Positions 20,323 through 32,200 of a DNA stretch of 64,000 nt are shown here, in pieces; position 1 is the first letter of the stretch, and the number at the start of each line of letters is the position of its first letter. Location of the stretch: contig OY762721.1 in the NCBI GenBank assembly GCA_963666345.1, positions 2,176,001 through 2,240,000 of the forward strand, in the 5' to 3' direction. Below the pieces are notes generated by a model. It was not told the origin of the DNA. It made no database searches and saw only the letters and a program-made list of their open reading frames with translations. The DNA is from Desulfatiglandales bacterium (GTDB lineage Bacteria; Desulfobacterota; DSM-4660; Desulfatiglandales; Desulfatiglandaceae). A program made the position numbers and the translations under genes.

Positions 20323-21477
20323 TTGAAAAAGGTACTCAAGGGCAATTACGCTGTGGCCGAGGCAGTGAAATTGTGCAGGGTAAGGGTGATCTCCGCATAT
20401 CCGATTACACCTCAGACCACTATAGTTGAGAAGCTTTCTGAGATGTGTGCCGGTGGAGAGCTGGATGGAAAATTCATAAAAGTCGAAAGTGAACATTCTG
20501 CCATGGCAGCTGTCGTGGGCTCTGCTTCCGCAGGTGTTCGATCCTTTACCGCCACAAGCAGTCAGGGCCTGTTGCTCATGCATGAGGTCCTTCACTGGGC
20601 GGCCGGTGCCAGGCTGCCAATAGTTATGGCCAATGTAAACAGGGCGGTAGGCGCCGGATGGAACATCTGGGCTGATCAGACAGATTCATTTTCACAGCGC
20701 GACACCGGATGGATACAGTTTTACTGCGAATCAAACCAGGAGGTCCTGGACAGCGTTATAATGTCTTATCGTCTTGCCGAAAAGTTGTCTCTTCCTGTCA
20801 TGCTTACATATGATGCCTTTTTTCTGAGCCATACCTCCGAGATTGTAGAAATCCCTGAGCAGGAAAAGGTTGACGCCTTTCTGCCCGCCTGGCAGCCTTC
20901 GGTAAAGATCGATATCGATGACCCGAGGATGTTCGGCGGCATAGTAGGTCCTGAGTACTATTATGAAGGCCGCTATGTGATGCACATAGATTCTCTGAAG
21001 GCCCTGGATCTATATCCAAAAATTTGTTCCCGATACCGGGATGTATTTGGAAGGAGCTACGATATTGTAGAGGAATACAGGTGTGAAGACGCTGAAAACA
21101 TAGTTGTAACCCTCGGAACAATAACCTCAGTTGCAAGGATTACCGTCGACAGGCTGAGAGAGAGGGGAGAAAGTGTGGGGCTTATGAAGGTTCGAATGTT
21201 CAGGCCGGTACCTGTCGAACGTTGGCGGGCGGTTCTGGCCAGGGCAGTAAGGGTGATTGTAATAGACCGGGATCTGATTGCCGGGGCGGGGGGTGTTCTT
21301 TCTATGGAGGTAAAGGCGGTTTTAGGCGGGTTTAAAGATGATATTATGGTCTTTTCCGCCATTGCCGGTCTGGGAGGAAGAGATGTCACCCCTCAGGATG
21401 TGGAGGGCATAGTTGAATATGCCCGATTACGTGATGTCGCGGATGAAACCCCCATCTTTTGGGGTCTAAAACAATAG
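20323..21477 (+). CDS. 2-oxoacid:acceptor oxidoreductase alpha subunit
   Basis: AYPITPQT, VESEHSA, TATSSQG, GLGGRD. Confidence 0.93.
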   Translation: MKKVLKGNYAVAEAVKLCRVRVISAYPITPQTTIVEKLSEMCAGGELDGKFIKVESEHSAMAAVVGSASAGVRSFTATSSQGLLLMHEVLHWAAGARLPIVMANVNRAVGAGWNIWADQTDSFSQRDTGWIQFYCESNQEVLDSVIMSYRLAEKLSLPVMLTYDAFFLSHTSEIVEIPEQEKVDAFLPAWQPSVKIDIDDPRMFGGIVGPEYYYEGRYVMHIDSLKALDLYPKICSRYRDVFGRSYDIVEEYRCEDAENIVVTLGTITSVARITVDRLRERGESVGLMKVRMFRPVPVERWRAVLARAVRVIVIDRDLIAGAGGVLSMEVKAVLGGFKDDIMVFSAIAGLGGRDVTPQDVEGIVEYARLRDVADETPIFWGLKQ

Positions 21478-21486
21478 GGGTATGTT

Positions 21487-22389
21487 ATGCAGAGAAAATT
21501 TGATATCTCCCGGGACATTATGACCAAAGAGGATCTGGTTCAGCCCGGGATGCTGTCGTGCCAGGGCTGTGGCGCTTCTCTGGCCATGAAACTCGCACTC
21601 AAGGGTCTCGGCAGAAGGACGGTAGTTGTGATACCCGCCTGTTGCTGGTCGATAATAATAGGCGTTTATCCCTACTCCTGCCTGAATGTCCCTGCGGTTC
21701 ATGTCCCTTTTGAGAGTGCGGCAGTGGTTGCATCCGGCATAAGGGCCGCATACGAGATCTCAGGCCTGGAGGATGTGGTGGTAATGGCCTGGGCCGGTGA
21801 CGGGGGAACCTTTGACATCGGATTTCAGGCACTGTCAGGGGCCGCCGAGAGGAACGACGATATCCTGTATGTCTGTTATGACAATGAGGCCTATATGAAT
21901 ACGGGGATTCAACGGTCCAGTGCCACGCCTATGGGTGCCTGGACTACTACCACGCCGGCCGGGTCCCTGAAAGAGGAACCGAAAAAGGATCTTGAAAAGA
22001 TAATGCTGGCGCACTCTATCCCCTACATCGCCACCGGGTCTGTTGCGTTTCCCGATGATCTTGTAAGGAAGTTTGAAAAGACCCGCACCATAAAGGGGAC
22101 CAAATTTATTCATCTGCTTTCACCCTGCCCCCCGGGTTGGCGGATAGATTCAAGCGAGTCTATTAAGGTTACCAGAATGGCCACCGAGGCGAAAATCTTT
22201 CCCATATATGAGATAGTTGAAGGCAGATATAAAATAAATATTTATCCCGGCAGAGATCTGACTGTTAACGATTATCTCTTTTCTCAGGGGCGATTCAGTA
22301 AGATGGATGAATCTACTGTAGAGGCGGTTCAGAAAAGTGCCGACAAGAAATGGGCGGAGCTTGTCGGATTTTCATGCGAAGGCGGTTAA
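21487..22389 (+). CDS. 2-oxoacid:acceptor oxidoreductase beta (TPP-binding) subunit
   Basis: CQGCG, GDGG, YDNEAYMNTG, SPCP. Confidence 0.93.
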   Translation: MQRKFDISRDIMTKEDLVQPGMLSCQGCGASLAMKLALKGLGRRTVVVIPACCWSIIIGVYPYSCLNVPAVHVPFESAAVVASGIRAAYEISGLEDVVVMAWAGDGGTFDIGFQALSGAAERNDDILYVCYDNEAYMNTGIQRSSATPMGAWTTTTPAGSLKEEPKKDLEKIMLAHSIPYIATGSVAFPDDLVRKFEKTRTIKGTKFIHLLSPCPPGWRIDSSESIKVTRMATEAKIFPIYEIVEGRYKINIYPGRDLTVNDYLFSQGRFSKMDESTVEAVQKSADKKWAELVGFSCEGG

Positions 22390-22798
22390 TAACGGAAACT
22401 GCTCCCGTCTTATCTGCAAAGGCCCTGTGGGGGCATGTGATTATTTGAATCCCCCTAGCCTTGCCCCATTAAAAGGTAATCGGCCTCTCGGCCCGGGTGG
22501 TTTATCTTTTGGAACGTCAAATTTTTGTAGGGAGAGGGGCCCCGGCATTTCAAGAATTTTACAGGCCTTTTTTACCGCATCTGCTAATCATCTCGGTCCA
22601 AGATTATCAGATATCTCCAATAATCAGTGCGCAAATCTTGACCTTTCTGATTTTGTTGTGCTTAAAGGGGTTATCTGGTAAAAAGGTCAGAATGTATGCG
22701 CCCTGTAACGTACGCTACTATCTGATGTGCCAAAAATGTAATAGTGCAAAATCTATTTAACCGAATTCTCCTTTAAAAAGGATGATAGGAGGATTGAG

Positions 22799-24469
22799 AT
22801 GATAAATAAAGGGTTGACGGAAGCATTAAAGTTTAGCGGGGACAGCAAAATCAGCCAATTGCTAAAGCAGCTCCTGTCTCAAATGGAAACCCAGATGACT
22901 CAGATACGGGTCCTTAACCAGATCGGCATGGCCTTGTCTGCCGAGAAGGATATGGGCCGTTTGTTTGAGATGATTATAGACGAGGCAAGAACGCTTACAA
23001 ACGCAGATGGTGGAACCCTGTACATCATGAACGAGGAATTTACCGAACTACGGTTTGCCATAGTTCAGAATGAATCCTTGAATGTTCGTATGGGTGGTAC
23101 CGGGGGTGAGATTACCTGGGATCCTGTGAAGCTCTTAAATCCGGATGGTTCAAAGAACTATCAGAATGTAAGTGCCTATGCCGCACTGTCAGGCGAGGTA
23201 GTAAATATTTCCGATGTATATCATGCTGAAGGATTTAATTTTGAAGGAACAAGAAATTTTGATTTGAAGACAGGCTACAGGTCCAAGTCGATGCTGGTTG
23301 TTCCTATGAGGAACTACGAAAACGACGTTATAGGTGTCCTACAGATTCTGAACTGCCAGGATGCTCTTACAGGAAAGGCCATACCCTTTTCAAAAGATTA
23401 CCAGGCAATGACCGAATCCCTTGCCTCACAGGCTGCAGTGGCCTTATGCAACAAGAAGCTGCTTTCAAGTCTTGAAGATCTTTTGGATTCATTTATAACA
23501 AGTATCGCCTCGGCTATTGATGAAAAATCCCCGTACACGGGCGGGCATGTTAGGCGGGTTGTAGATATTGCCATGACAATAGCGAAAAAGATAAATGAAA
23601 CCGAAAAAGGTGTGTTTAAAGAAACGTTTTTCAGTAATGAAGAGCTTGATGAGTTGAGGCTGGCCGGGTGGCTTCATGATGTGGGCAAGATAACGACGCC
23701 TGAACATGTGGTTGACAAGGCTACAAAGCTGGAGACCGTTTATGACAGGATTGAACTGATAAAGACCCGTTTCGAAGTCCTTAAGCGGGATGCGATGATT
23801 GAATTATTGAGGGAGTCGGGAAGAAAAACAAAGGGGGAGGAAAATCCTGAGGCCCAGAAAAGGTATGAAAACAAGGTAAGAAAATTGGAGGAAGATCTCG
23901 TTTTTTTGATAAACGGCAATATAGGCAGTGAATTCATGGCGGATGAGAAGTTGGAGATACTCAAGACTATTGCGGAAAATACCTGGGAGTTATCAGGAGA
24001 AACAAAACGGATATTAAGTGATGATGAAGTTCGTAATCTCAGTATAAGAAAGGGCACCCTGAATGATGAAGAAAGAGAAATAATCAATAACCATGCGACA
24101 GTTACCTTGAAAATGCTTTCTCAACTTCCTCTTCCGAAAAAGTTCAAAAACATGCCTTATTATGCCGCCGCCCATCATGAGAGACTTGACGGCAGAGGCT
24201 ATCCAAAGGGCTTAAGGGAGGAGGAGCTTCCTCTGCAGGCCAGGATCCTTGCCCTGGCGGATGTCTTTGAGGCCCTCACCGCAAAGGACAGGCCCTATAA
24301 AAAGGGGAAAACCCTTTCCGAGGCCATGAAAATCCTGGGGTTCATGGTCAAAGACAAACATCTTGATCCGGATCTTTTTGAGCTTTTTGTGCAGGAGAAG
24401 TTCTATCTGGATTACGCGGAAAGGGAGTTGACCAGGGAGCAGATAGACACGGACTTTATTTCATTATAG
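22799..24469 (+). CDS. GAF + HD-GYP c-di-GMP phosphodiesterase family protein
   Basis: GAF (YRSKSMLVVPM..IGVLQ), YTGGHVRRV, HDVGK, HHERLDGRGYP, ADVFEAL, RPYK. Confidence 0.9.
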   Translation: MINKGLTEALKFSGDSKISQLLKQLLSQMETQMTQIRVLNQIGMALSAEKDMGRLFEMIIDEARTLTNADGGTLYIMNEEFTELRFAIVQNESLNVRMGGTGGEITWDPVKLLNPDGSKNYQNVSAYAALSGEVVNISDVYHAEGFNFEGTRNFDLKTGYRSKSMLVVPMRNYENDVIGVLQILNCQDALTGKAIPFSKDYQAMTESLASQAAVALCNKKLLSSLEDLLDSFITSIASAIDEKSPYTGGHVRRVVDIAMTIAKKINETEKGVFKETFFSNEELDELRLAGWLHDVGKITTPEHVVDKATKLETVYDRIELIKTRFEVLKRDAMIELLRESGRKTKGEENPEAQKRYENKVRKLEEDLVFLINGNIGSEFMADEKLEILKTIAENTWELSGETKRILSDDEVRNLSIRKGTLNDEEREIINNHATVTLKMLSQLPLPKKFKNMPYYAAAHHERLDGRGYPKGLREEELPLQARILALADVFEALTAKDRPYKKGKTLSEAMKILGFMVKDKHLDPDLFELFVQEKFYLDYAERELTREQIDTDFISL

Positions 24470-24795
24470 AAAACCTGGTTCTTGGCGCCGGGTTGGAAAA
24501 ACGGCGCTGCCTTCATGGAATGGTAAAAGCGCCTGCCATCAATACGAAGAGTTCCGGATAAGACGTTCAGCCTCCAGCATTAAGCTTAAGGGCCTTTTTT
24601 TTTCATTAAAAGGGCCTTTCCTGATGAATAAGAAATAAGTAAAAACAAGAATTGATTTCTTTTAATTGGTAATATATATGTTTTTGCAAAGTTAACTTAC
24701 CCGGGAATTATTCTAATATATCTTAAGACGGCTGATAGTCAGACAGCCCGGATGCCTCAGGAATTTAAAGGCATGGAGTTTCGAAAGGTGTTGAT

Positions 24796-27051
24796 TTGAA
24801 AAGGGAAATTATTCTGGATGATAAGGCTCAGAGTCTTTTTGAAGAGCTTGGCGGAATCGATAGAACAGGGAATACTTCCGCCTTTCCGTCCGGAATCGGA
24901 CCATCGGATCCCTTTGCATCGGATGAACGCCAGCGTGATGATCTTAGGGTATTGATGATTGAATTCGCATACAGCTTCGCAGGCTATTTGGCAGGTGTGC
25001 GCCTGAGGGGGTCAACCCAAAGAATCAAAGAGGATGCTGACGAACCGCTGAAATATCTTATGAAGATATCGGATAAGGCGGGGCATGCACAGAAAATTAT
25101 CATACGTTACAGGGGCATGGCCGGTTTTTCTTCAGGTAAGGGAACCGAGGCATTGGATTATGCTATCTCCTTGGGGAAGCTCAGCGTGGATATACCTGTA
25201 ACAAAGACCTTGGCAGACAGAAGAGGTGTCTGTTTGTCCCATCTGCCGGGAAGGATTTCAACTGCCTTTGACAGGTTCGGTTCTCTGGATATAAATACCC
25301 TCCATATCTCTTTGGATGATAAGGGTGAAAAATCCGTTTCATCCATTAAAAAATGTATCGAGGCTGCTGGCATCTATTTTATGGCCAAAGCAGGGGGCTT
25401 GAGTCATTCAAGTCAATCTGAGGATTTTAACCCGTCTGAAATGTTGGTGTTCAATGAAAATGATCAACCTGATCCAAACCTCACAATGCTTGCGAGACTA
25501 AATCGTATAACGCCTGACAAGATGAGGGGTCTGGTAAAAAAGATGGACTCCCTTATCAAGGAGGCTGAGGATGATTCACCGCTAAAATACATGTCCTGCT
25601 TGTATGAGGCGATCTTCGCCTTTAAGGATCTGCGGAACAGACTCGTCAGGCCCCCCCTTGAAATAAACAATGTGAGATGGTTGATCGCAGACAATGATCA
25701 GTCCCTCGTCTCAAAGGAAAAGGCGAAGCTGGGACAGCTGGTTTTTCATAAATTGGGTGAAGAACCTCACAAGGTCTTTCAGGTAATAGAAAGTATTTAT
25801 GGCGATGATTTTCAAGATATAGAGGCCGATGCCCTTGATGCCAGATTGGGAAGACTCAGCGATTTTTTGAACACCATGGAGGGGGAAAACGAAAAATATG
25901 TGGAAGAAGAGCTTTTCTCCAACGTAAAAAGGCGCCTTGAACTGGTTCCCGACTCTGTCTTTGATAATATCTCTATTGACAAGTACGAAAGGCAGGCAGA
26001 TGAGAAGGATTCCATCGGTGCAAGAATCGGTTTCCAAAAAAGATTTTCCGAGATGGTATCCTTTTTCAAAAGACGCTCCGGGACCAAGAAAAAGATACGG
26101 AACATGCTGGGCAAAGGCATAACTTTTGATGAACAGGACTATGAGACGATTGCCGGAGATTTTGATATATCCTGTGAGGACGCACGTAAACTAGTTGAAT
26201 TACTAAAGGGTTGTTTTGACTCAAACGGTCGTTTTACTAGGGCATCCTTTGACCGTAACATACCCGCCTTTGCAGCTTATGAAAACAAGGTCTTTGAGTT
26301 TTTGTGGCATTATTTAAGTCAGATAATGATTCGTGAGGACAGGGTGATGTTTTTGAATTCCCTTCAGTGCCTTATCTTCAAAATGCGGCAGCGAAAAAGG
26401 GTGGAACTGTTTCTTCTTCAGGATTTTATCGGCAATCCCGATTCGGTAAGCTTTGCCGACAGAAATGCCCTGATGCTGGCCAATGTGGTGTTGCGGAAAT
26501 ACAACAAGGAGCTTCGAAACGATATCGAAATTACTCCTGAAGAGATATTGCTTGTAAGAGAGGGCCTTGATCCTGATGTTACAGAGGCCGCTTCTGGATA
26601 TATAGAAGGCCGGGAAGAGAGATTGTTGAAAAAGTTGAGGACCATTCATAGGAATTTGAAGGAATCTCTGAATAAAAGAAACGGAAATAGTGCGGGTATG
26701 CCTGTAAAATACCTCTTAAACCTGGAGAGAGAGTCCTTTATCTTTTTTTCTCTATTGGGTAATGAAACAGCAAGGAAAATTTTAAGAGGGGCACTGCTGG
26801 AGTTTGGTAACTCTGAATCAGACATATACCGTTTTGAGGGAGCCAAAAGCGAATTAAAGGGCCTCATCCAGCTCTTCCAGGTCACTGTCCGCGGATTGAT
26901 GAGATTCGCTAAAATGGAAGACAAGGCGATTTTGGAGGAATTAAGGGCAAAGGCGGAAGGCTTTCTGACCTTGGAGGCGGGGCCGATGCACAAGGATGCC
27001 CTTGCAAGGGTCATGAAATGGGTGGATGAAGCCGTATCTGCAACCGGGTGA
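24796..27051 (+). CDS. Hypothetical protein, 751 aa
   Basis: Long uninterrupted ORF filling the gap and ending 9 bp before folE2; no motif recognised. Confidence 0.8.
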   Translation: MKREIILDDKAQSLFEELGGIDRTGNTSAFPSGIGPSDPFASDERQRDDLRVLMIEFAYSFAGYLAGVRLRGSTQRIKEDADEPLKYLMKISDKAGHAQKIIIRYRGMAGFSSGKGTEALDYAISLGKLSVDIPVTKTLADRRGVCLSHLPGRISTAFDRFGSLDINTLHISLDDKGEKSVSSIKKCIEAAGIYFMAKAGGLSHSSQSEDFNPSEMLVFNENDQPDPNLTMLARLNRITPDKMRGLVKKMDSLIKEAEDDSPLKYMSCLYEAIFAFKDLRNRLVRPPLEINNVRWLIADNDQSLVSKEKAKLGQLVFHKLGEEPHKVFQVIESIYGDDFQDIEADALDARLGRLSDFLNTMEGENEKYVEEELFSNVKRRLELVPDSVFDNISIDKYERQADEKDSIGARIGFQKRFSEMVSFFKRRSGTKKKIRNMLGKGITFDEQDYETIAGDFDISCEDARKLVELLKGCFDSNGRFTRASFDRNIPAFAAYENKVFEFLWHYLSQIMIREDRVMFLNSLQCLIFKMRQRKRVELFLLQDFIGNPDSVSFADRNALMLANVVLRKYNKELRNDIEITPEEILLVREGLDPDVTEAASGYIEGREERLLKKLRTIHRNLKESLNKRNGNSAGMPVKYLLNLERESFIFFSLLGNETARKILRGALLEFGNSESDIYRFEGAKSELKGLIQLFQVTVRGLMRFAKMEDKAILEELRAKAEGFLTLEAGPMHKDALARVMKWVDEAVSATG

Positions 27052-27060
27052 GAGGATATT

Positions 27061-27837
27061 ATGGAGGATATTCAGAATCATAAGGATTTCAGAAATATAG
27101 ACATCGACCAGGTGGGTGTTAAGGGAATACGATATCCCATTACCGTGCTTGACAAGGATATGGGCGAGCAGCAGACGATTGCTGAAATAAACATGTATGT
27201 AAACCTTCCCCGATATTACAAAGGGACTCACATGAGTCGTTTTGTGGAGATACTGAATGAAAACAACAGGCGCATTTCTCTGCAGAATTTTTCCGATATA
27301 CTCGAGGAGATGAAAGAAAGGCTTAATGCGGAAAGTGCACACATGGAGATGACATTTCCCTTCTTCGTGAGCAAGGCGGCTCCTGTAAGCGGCATCGAAG
27401 GGCTTATGGAATACAAGTGCTCCTTTAAAGGCTCGCTTAACAACGGCACGGATCTTATAATAATGATATATGTGCCTATCTCCACTCTTTGCCCCTGCTC
27501 AAAGGAGATAAGCGATTTCGGTGCACACAACCAGAGGGGAGAGGTTAGGCTTCAGCTGAGATTTAAGCGGTTTGTGTGGATCGAGGATCTGATCAAGATC
27601 GTAGAAAATTCCGCCTCCAGTGATGTCTATTCCGTGTTGAAACGAGAGGATGAGAAGTATGTAACAGAGCATGCCTATCAAAAGCCGATGTTTGTAGAGG
27701 ATATTGTAAGAGATATAGCGGTTAAATTGAATAACGACCCCAACATAACCTGGTTTTCAGTTGAAGCTGAAAATTTTGAATCTATTCATAACCATAATGC
27801 CTATGCGTGTATTCAAAACAGCAAGGAAGAGGGATGA
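27061..27837 (+). CDS. folE2: GTP cyclohydrolase IB
   Basis: KGTHMSRF, LCPCSK, GAHNQR, KREDE, FVED, ESIHNH. Confidence 0.95.
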   Translation: MEDIQNHKDFRNIDIDQVGVKGIRYPITVLDKDMGEQQTIAEINMYVNLPRYYKGTHMSRFVEILNENNRRISLQNFSDILEEMKERLNAESAHMEMTFPFFVSKAAPVSGIEGLMEYKCSFKGSLNNGTDLIIMIYVPISTLCPCSKEISDFGAHNQRGEVRLQLRFKRFVWIEDLIKIVENSASSDVYSVLKREDEKYVTEHAYQKPMFVEDIVRDIAVKLNNDPNITWFSVEAENFESIHNHNAYACIQNSKEEG

Positions 27838-27923
27838 AAAAGAGAGTCGATAGCTTGAAGCCTTTACATGCAGCATGAATCTGACGGAGAGTTTAATATA
27901 GAAATCTAATATCGGAGGCAACA

Positions 27924-29219
27924 ATGAATAATGATCTAAAAAAGATGTACAGAACCGTAATGGACGACAATTTTCCTGCTGAGATAAAGGTCTCTTTTGG
28001 TGAACAGGTCCTGGTCTACAGAAAGAGGTCTTGGAAGATAGCTGATCAGAGCTCTGGGGAGATTATTGAAAAGGGTCTGCGCTACGGAGAAAACCCGGGG
28101 CAGGAGGCCGCTCTTTACGAGCTTGTCAAGGGGAACCTTGTCCTGGGAGGTTGCGAGTACATATCTTCAGGAAACGGGCTGGTATCCTCAATAAGCGAGC
28201 AGGATATGTTGCAGAGTGGAAAGCACCCCGGTAAAATCAACCTGACGGATCTTGACAATGCCCTAAATATCTTGAAATACCTGAAACAGGGTCCCGCCTC
28301 GGTGATAGTAAAACACAATAACCCCTGCGGGGTTGCCTGCGGGTCATCTCTTTCAGATTCCTATTATAAGGCCAATATGGCCGACAGGATCGCAGCATTC
28401 GGAGGATGTGCGGTATTCAACCGTCCCATTGATAAGGGCACTGCGGAAATGATAGCCCGGAATTATCTTGAGGTAGTCGCGGCACCTGAATTTGAAGACG
28501 GGACCGTGGACATGCTGTCAAAAAGGGGCAATCTGAGGATTATCCGGATCAGCAAATTGGAAGATCTTTCACTATTTGAAGACACAAGATTTGTCGATTT
28601 CAAAAGCCTGATTGACGGAGGCCTCATACTTCAACAGTCGCCCCGGAACATGATAAAGACAAAGGATGACTTTGTGCTTGCAAGCACCGAGTATAAGGGG
28701 AAGGGGTTCTCTATCGAGCGCAAACCGAGTGATGACGAATATTCAGATATGCTTTTCGGCTGGCAGGTGGAGCAGGGCATTACCTCTAATTCGGTCATCT
28801 ATGTCAAAGAAGGGGTTACCGTAGGAATAGGAACGGGGGAACAGGACCGGGTCGGTGTTGCCGAAATCGCTATTTACAAGGCATATACCAAATATGCCGA
28901 TGCCTTGTGCTTCACAAAACATGGTCTTCCATACCAGGATTTACAGCTTATGGTGGATAGGGGAGAAAAGGAGCGGGCCCTTGTAGATGAAATCGACAGA
29001 GAAACAAAGGACGCAAAGGGCGGGCTGTCAGGTTCGACGATGGTATCGGATGCATTTTTCCCGTTCAGAGATGGTGTGGATGTCGCGATAAGACAGGGTA
29101 TCAGGGCGATTGTGCAGCCCGGAGGTTCCATGAGGGACTGGGATGCCATTGAGGCGTGCAATGAGGCTGATCCAAAGGTTACCATGGTATTCACCGGCCA
29201 GAGGGCCTTTAAGCACTAA
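27924..29219 (+). CDS. purH: PurH-family AICAR transformylase domain protein, lacking the N-terminal IMP cyclohydrolase domain
   Basis: LRYGENP, KHNNPCG, AFGG, SNSV, SDAFFPFRDG, QPGGSMRD, RAFKH; YGENP occurs about 55 aa from the start. Confidence 0.85.
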   Translation: MNNDLKKMYRTVMDDNFPAEIKVSFGEQVLVYRKRSWKIADQSSGEIIEKGLRYGENPGQEAALYELVKGNLVLGGCEYISSGNGLVSSISEQDMLQSGKHPGKINLTDLDNALNILKYLKQGPASVIVKHNNPCGVACGSSLSDSYYKANMADRIAAFGGCAVFNRPIDKGTAEMIARNYLEVVAAPEFEDGTVDMLSKRGNLRIIRISKLEDLSLFEDTRFVDFKSLIDGGLILQQSPRNMIKTKDDFVLASTEYKGKGFSIERKPSDDEYSDMLFGWQVEQGITSNSVIYVKEGVTVGIGTGEQDRVGVAEIAIYKAYTKYADALCFTKHGLPYQDLQLMVDRGEKERALVDEIDRETKDAKGGLSGSTMVSDAFFPFRDGVDVAIRQGIRAIVQPGGSMRDWDAIEACNEADPKVTMVFTGQRAFKH

Positions 29220-32200
29220 AATAGTTCCATCTGTTTATAAGGCCTTTTTTTTGGGCGCCAGCCCCTTCTTTCAAGCCGGTTAAGCAGGGAAATCGGTATG
29301 CTGGAAATAAAGGGCGAAGGTGCCAGGAATAATACCTGACCCTTCAGGCCCCTTTTCTTAGCATGGGAAATAACGAGCCTGCTTTTTGCGCGGGTCATGC
29401 CCACATAAAAAAGCCTTTTTTCCTCTTCCAGATTGGCGTCACCGAAAAGGGTCATCGGGATGATACCGTCTTCACAGCCGGTTATGAAAACCACCGGCCA
29501 TTCAAGACCTTTTGCCGAGTGAAGGGACATGAGAGCGACACGGTCTCCCATAAGCAGGGAGTGATCTATCCCCCTTTCGAGAGAGAGGAAGTCGAGGAAG
29601 CCCTTAAGGGAACCGTTAAACTCATTCGCAAACAGTCTGAACCGATTGACGGCCTCCTTTTCTTCATCTGTTGAGGCGATAAGCCTGTGCTTTTCTATGG
29701 CAAGCTCAACAAGCTCTACCTTGTCTTTCTTCATGTCAATAGAGAAATCGGCCCTTATCTCGCCCAACCCCTGATTGGCTAAGATCTTTTCATATACCAG
29801 GGGGAAAAAGGGGTTTTCCGGATAACTGCAACATTGCAGATACCGCCAGATGAGTTCAATGGATCGGTTTTTGACAAGCGGCTTTTCGCCTGACCGGACA
29901 AAGGGGATCCCTGCCCGCTTAAAGGCTTTTTCCAGGGTGTCTCCCTGTGCGTTGAGCCTGTAAAGTACCCCTATGTCTCCAAAGGAAAGGGAATCGTCAC
30001 CCTCATGGGATTCCACGCGCCCGCTGTCCAATGAAAAATAGGACGTCCCGCCCATAAACCTCTCCACCTGCTCGACAATCATTTCCGCCTCTTCATCATC
30101 GGTATTGCAGGATGCATGAAAAACAGGGAACCCGCCCTTTTCTTTTGTCTCAAGGGGTGCGTTATGGAGGAGTGCGGCAGCTCCTTTTAGAATGGTCTCC
30201 GTGGAACGATAGTTGCGCTTTAGTGTCACCTCTTTTGCGCCTGGAAAGTCGGTATGGAATCGGAGAAAATTTTCCACGTCCGAACCTCTGAAACCGTATA
30301 TGGCCTGATCGGGATCCCCTATCGCAAAGAGGCTTGTTTTTCCCGCTCCGGCAATCATTTTTAATACCTCGGCCTGGAGCGGATTTGTATCCTGATATTC
30401 ATCAACGAATAACCAGGGGCATTTTTCAGAATAAAAAGAGCTCAGATCGGGGTCTTCACGCAGGAGTCTGAGCGCCTCTATCTCCAGATCATATAGATCG
30501 AGCATTGACATGGCTTTTAGACGATCCTGGTAGAGGGAAAAAGGGGAGGCCTTATTATCGAACAATGGGAGATGCCTTTGTCCCATCAAATCAGAGCCTT
30601 TATAAAGGACAAGGCCGTTCAGGAATTTTTTCAGACTCATACCCTTTTGATCAGATGCCTTTATCGCCTCCTGAGCTATATACTCCGCATCAAATTCAGT
30701 GCAGAGGGAAAAGCCATCTTCAAATCCTGCCTTATCAGCGTTGTTTCTGAGAATATCAAGACAGAAGCGGTGGAATGTGGAGACATGGATCGCCCCTGGT
30801 TTTTCCAGACTCAATAGCCTGCCGAGTCTCTGCTCCATCTCCCGTGCGGCCTTTCTGGTGAAGGTGAGGGCCAGAATCTGCTCAGGTTTTGCGATCTTTT
30901 CACGGATAAGATAGGCGATCCTGTGTGTAAGAGTCAGGGTTTTGCCGGTTCCCGGCCCCGCTACTACCAGCAGGTGCCCCCCGCTATGTTTGACGGCAGC
31001 GGCCTGTTCCTGATTTAAAGTATCCAGGATATGATCGGATATCGGCGGTTTCTTTAGGACCGGGCAGGATTTGTCTTTGATGAGTGAGGCCGGTTTGTTC
31101 GATTTTTTTTTCGAAGGCCCGACCTTTTTAGATCTGTCGGAAAAAAGGGCCATCTGGCCGCAAAGGCCGGCCTTTTCAGAATCATCAAACAGATGTATGG
31201 TACCATATTCTCCGTCATAACCCTCTTTGCAGATTATGCGGTTTTGCCTCATCCTGAAGATCGCCTCCTTGAGCGCCGCTCCGCCCGCCTCTTCCAGATC
31301 GGAGAGCTGAAGGTCAAGCAGGATATTGAGCTCCGGTCCCAGGGTATTCAAAAGGCCCTCATACACGCCCTGGACTTTTTTGGTTGCCGGGCCGCAATTG
31401 AGCAGTTCGGATATTATTTCAGCAAGGGGGATGAGGCTGACAAAATCCTTTGATATCTCAGGGGTTCGTCGGTCTGAGAGCTGGAATATCCTGTTTAAGA
31501 CCCCCACGGTAAGAGGCCGGCCGCAGACCGGACATATCCCCTTTAATCTCAGGGTCTCTTTCGGGTGGCATCTGATATTGCATTTGCGATGGCCGTCGAG
31601 GTGATATTTCCCCTCCTGAGGGAAAAATTCGACAGTGCCCAGGAAACCGGTGCCCTTTGTCAGGGCAAGTGCCAGACAGTCATAGTCCGGATCAATTTCA
31701 AGAATATTTGCCTCCCGTCCCAGTTTGGAAGGGGAATGGGCGTCTGAATTTGAGATAAGCAGAAAATCGTCCAGCTTGGAAATAAGGCGATTCATCGGTG
31801 GGTCTGATGAAAGACCTGTCTCAAGGGCGTGAATGTGACCGGTGAGGTCTTCGAAGCATTCCTCAATGGTGTCGAATCCTGACTTTGACCCGAAAAGGGA
31901 AAACCATGGGGTCCAGATGTGTGCAGGTATGAACAGCGCCCTGTCATCCGCCTCCAGGGCCAACTCCAGGAGATTCCTTGAGTCGATACCAAGAATGGGT
32001 CTCCCGTCGGAGAGGATATTTCCTATTTTATCCAGTCGTCTGTTCAGTCTTTTTACAGACTCAAAATCGGGCATCAGGATCAGATGGTGGGCCTTTCTTG
32101 TCTTTCCCCCCTTTTTGTATATACAGCTGATTTCACCGGAAAGAACAAATCTGACAGGAGATGAGCAGGAAGAATAAAGTTGAGGGGTCAATGCCTTTTT

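Noticed and set aside
27838..27923. ZMP/ZTP riboswitch before purH
   Set aside because: Short AT-rich spacer without the conserved pfl-motif elements.
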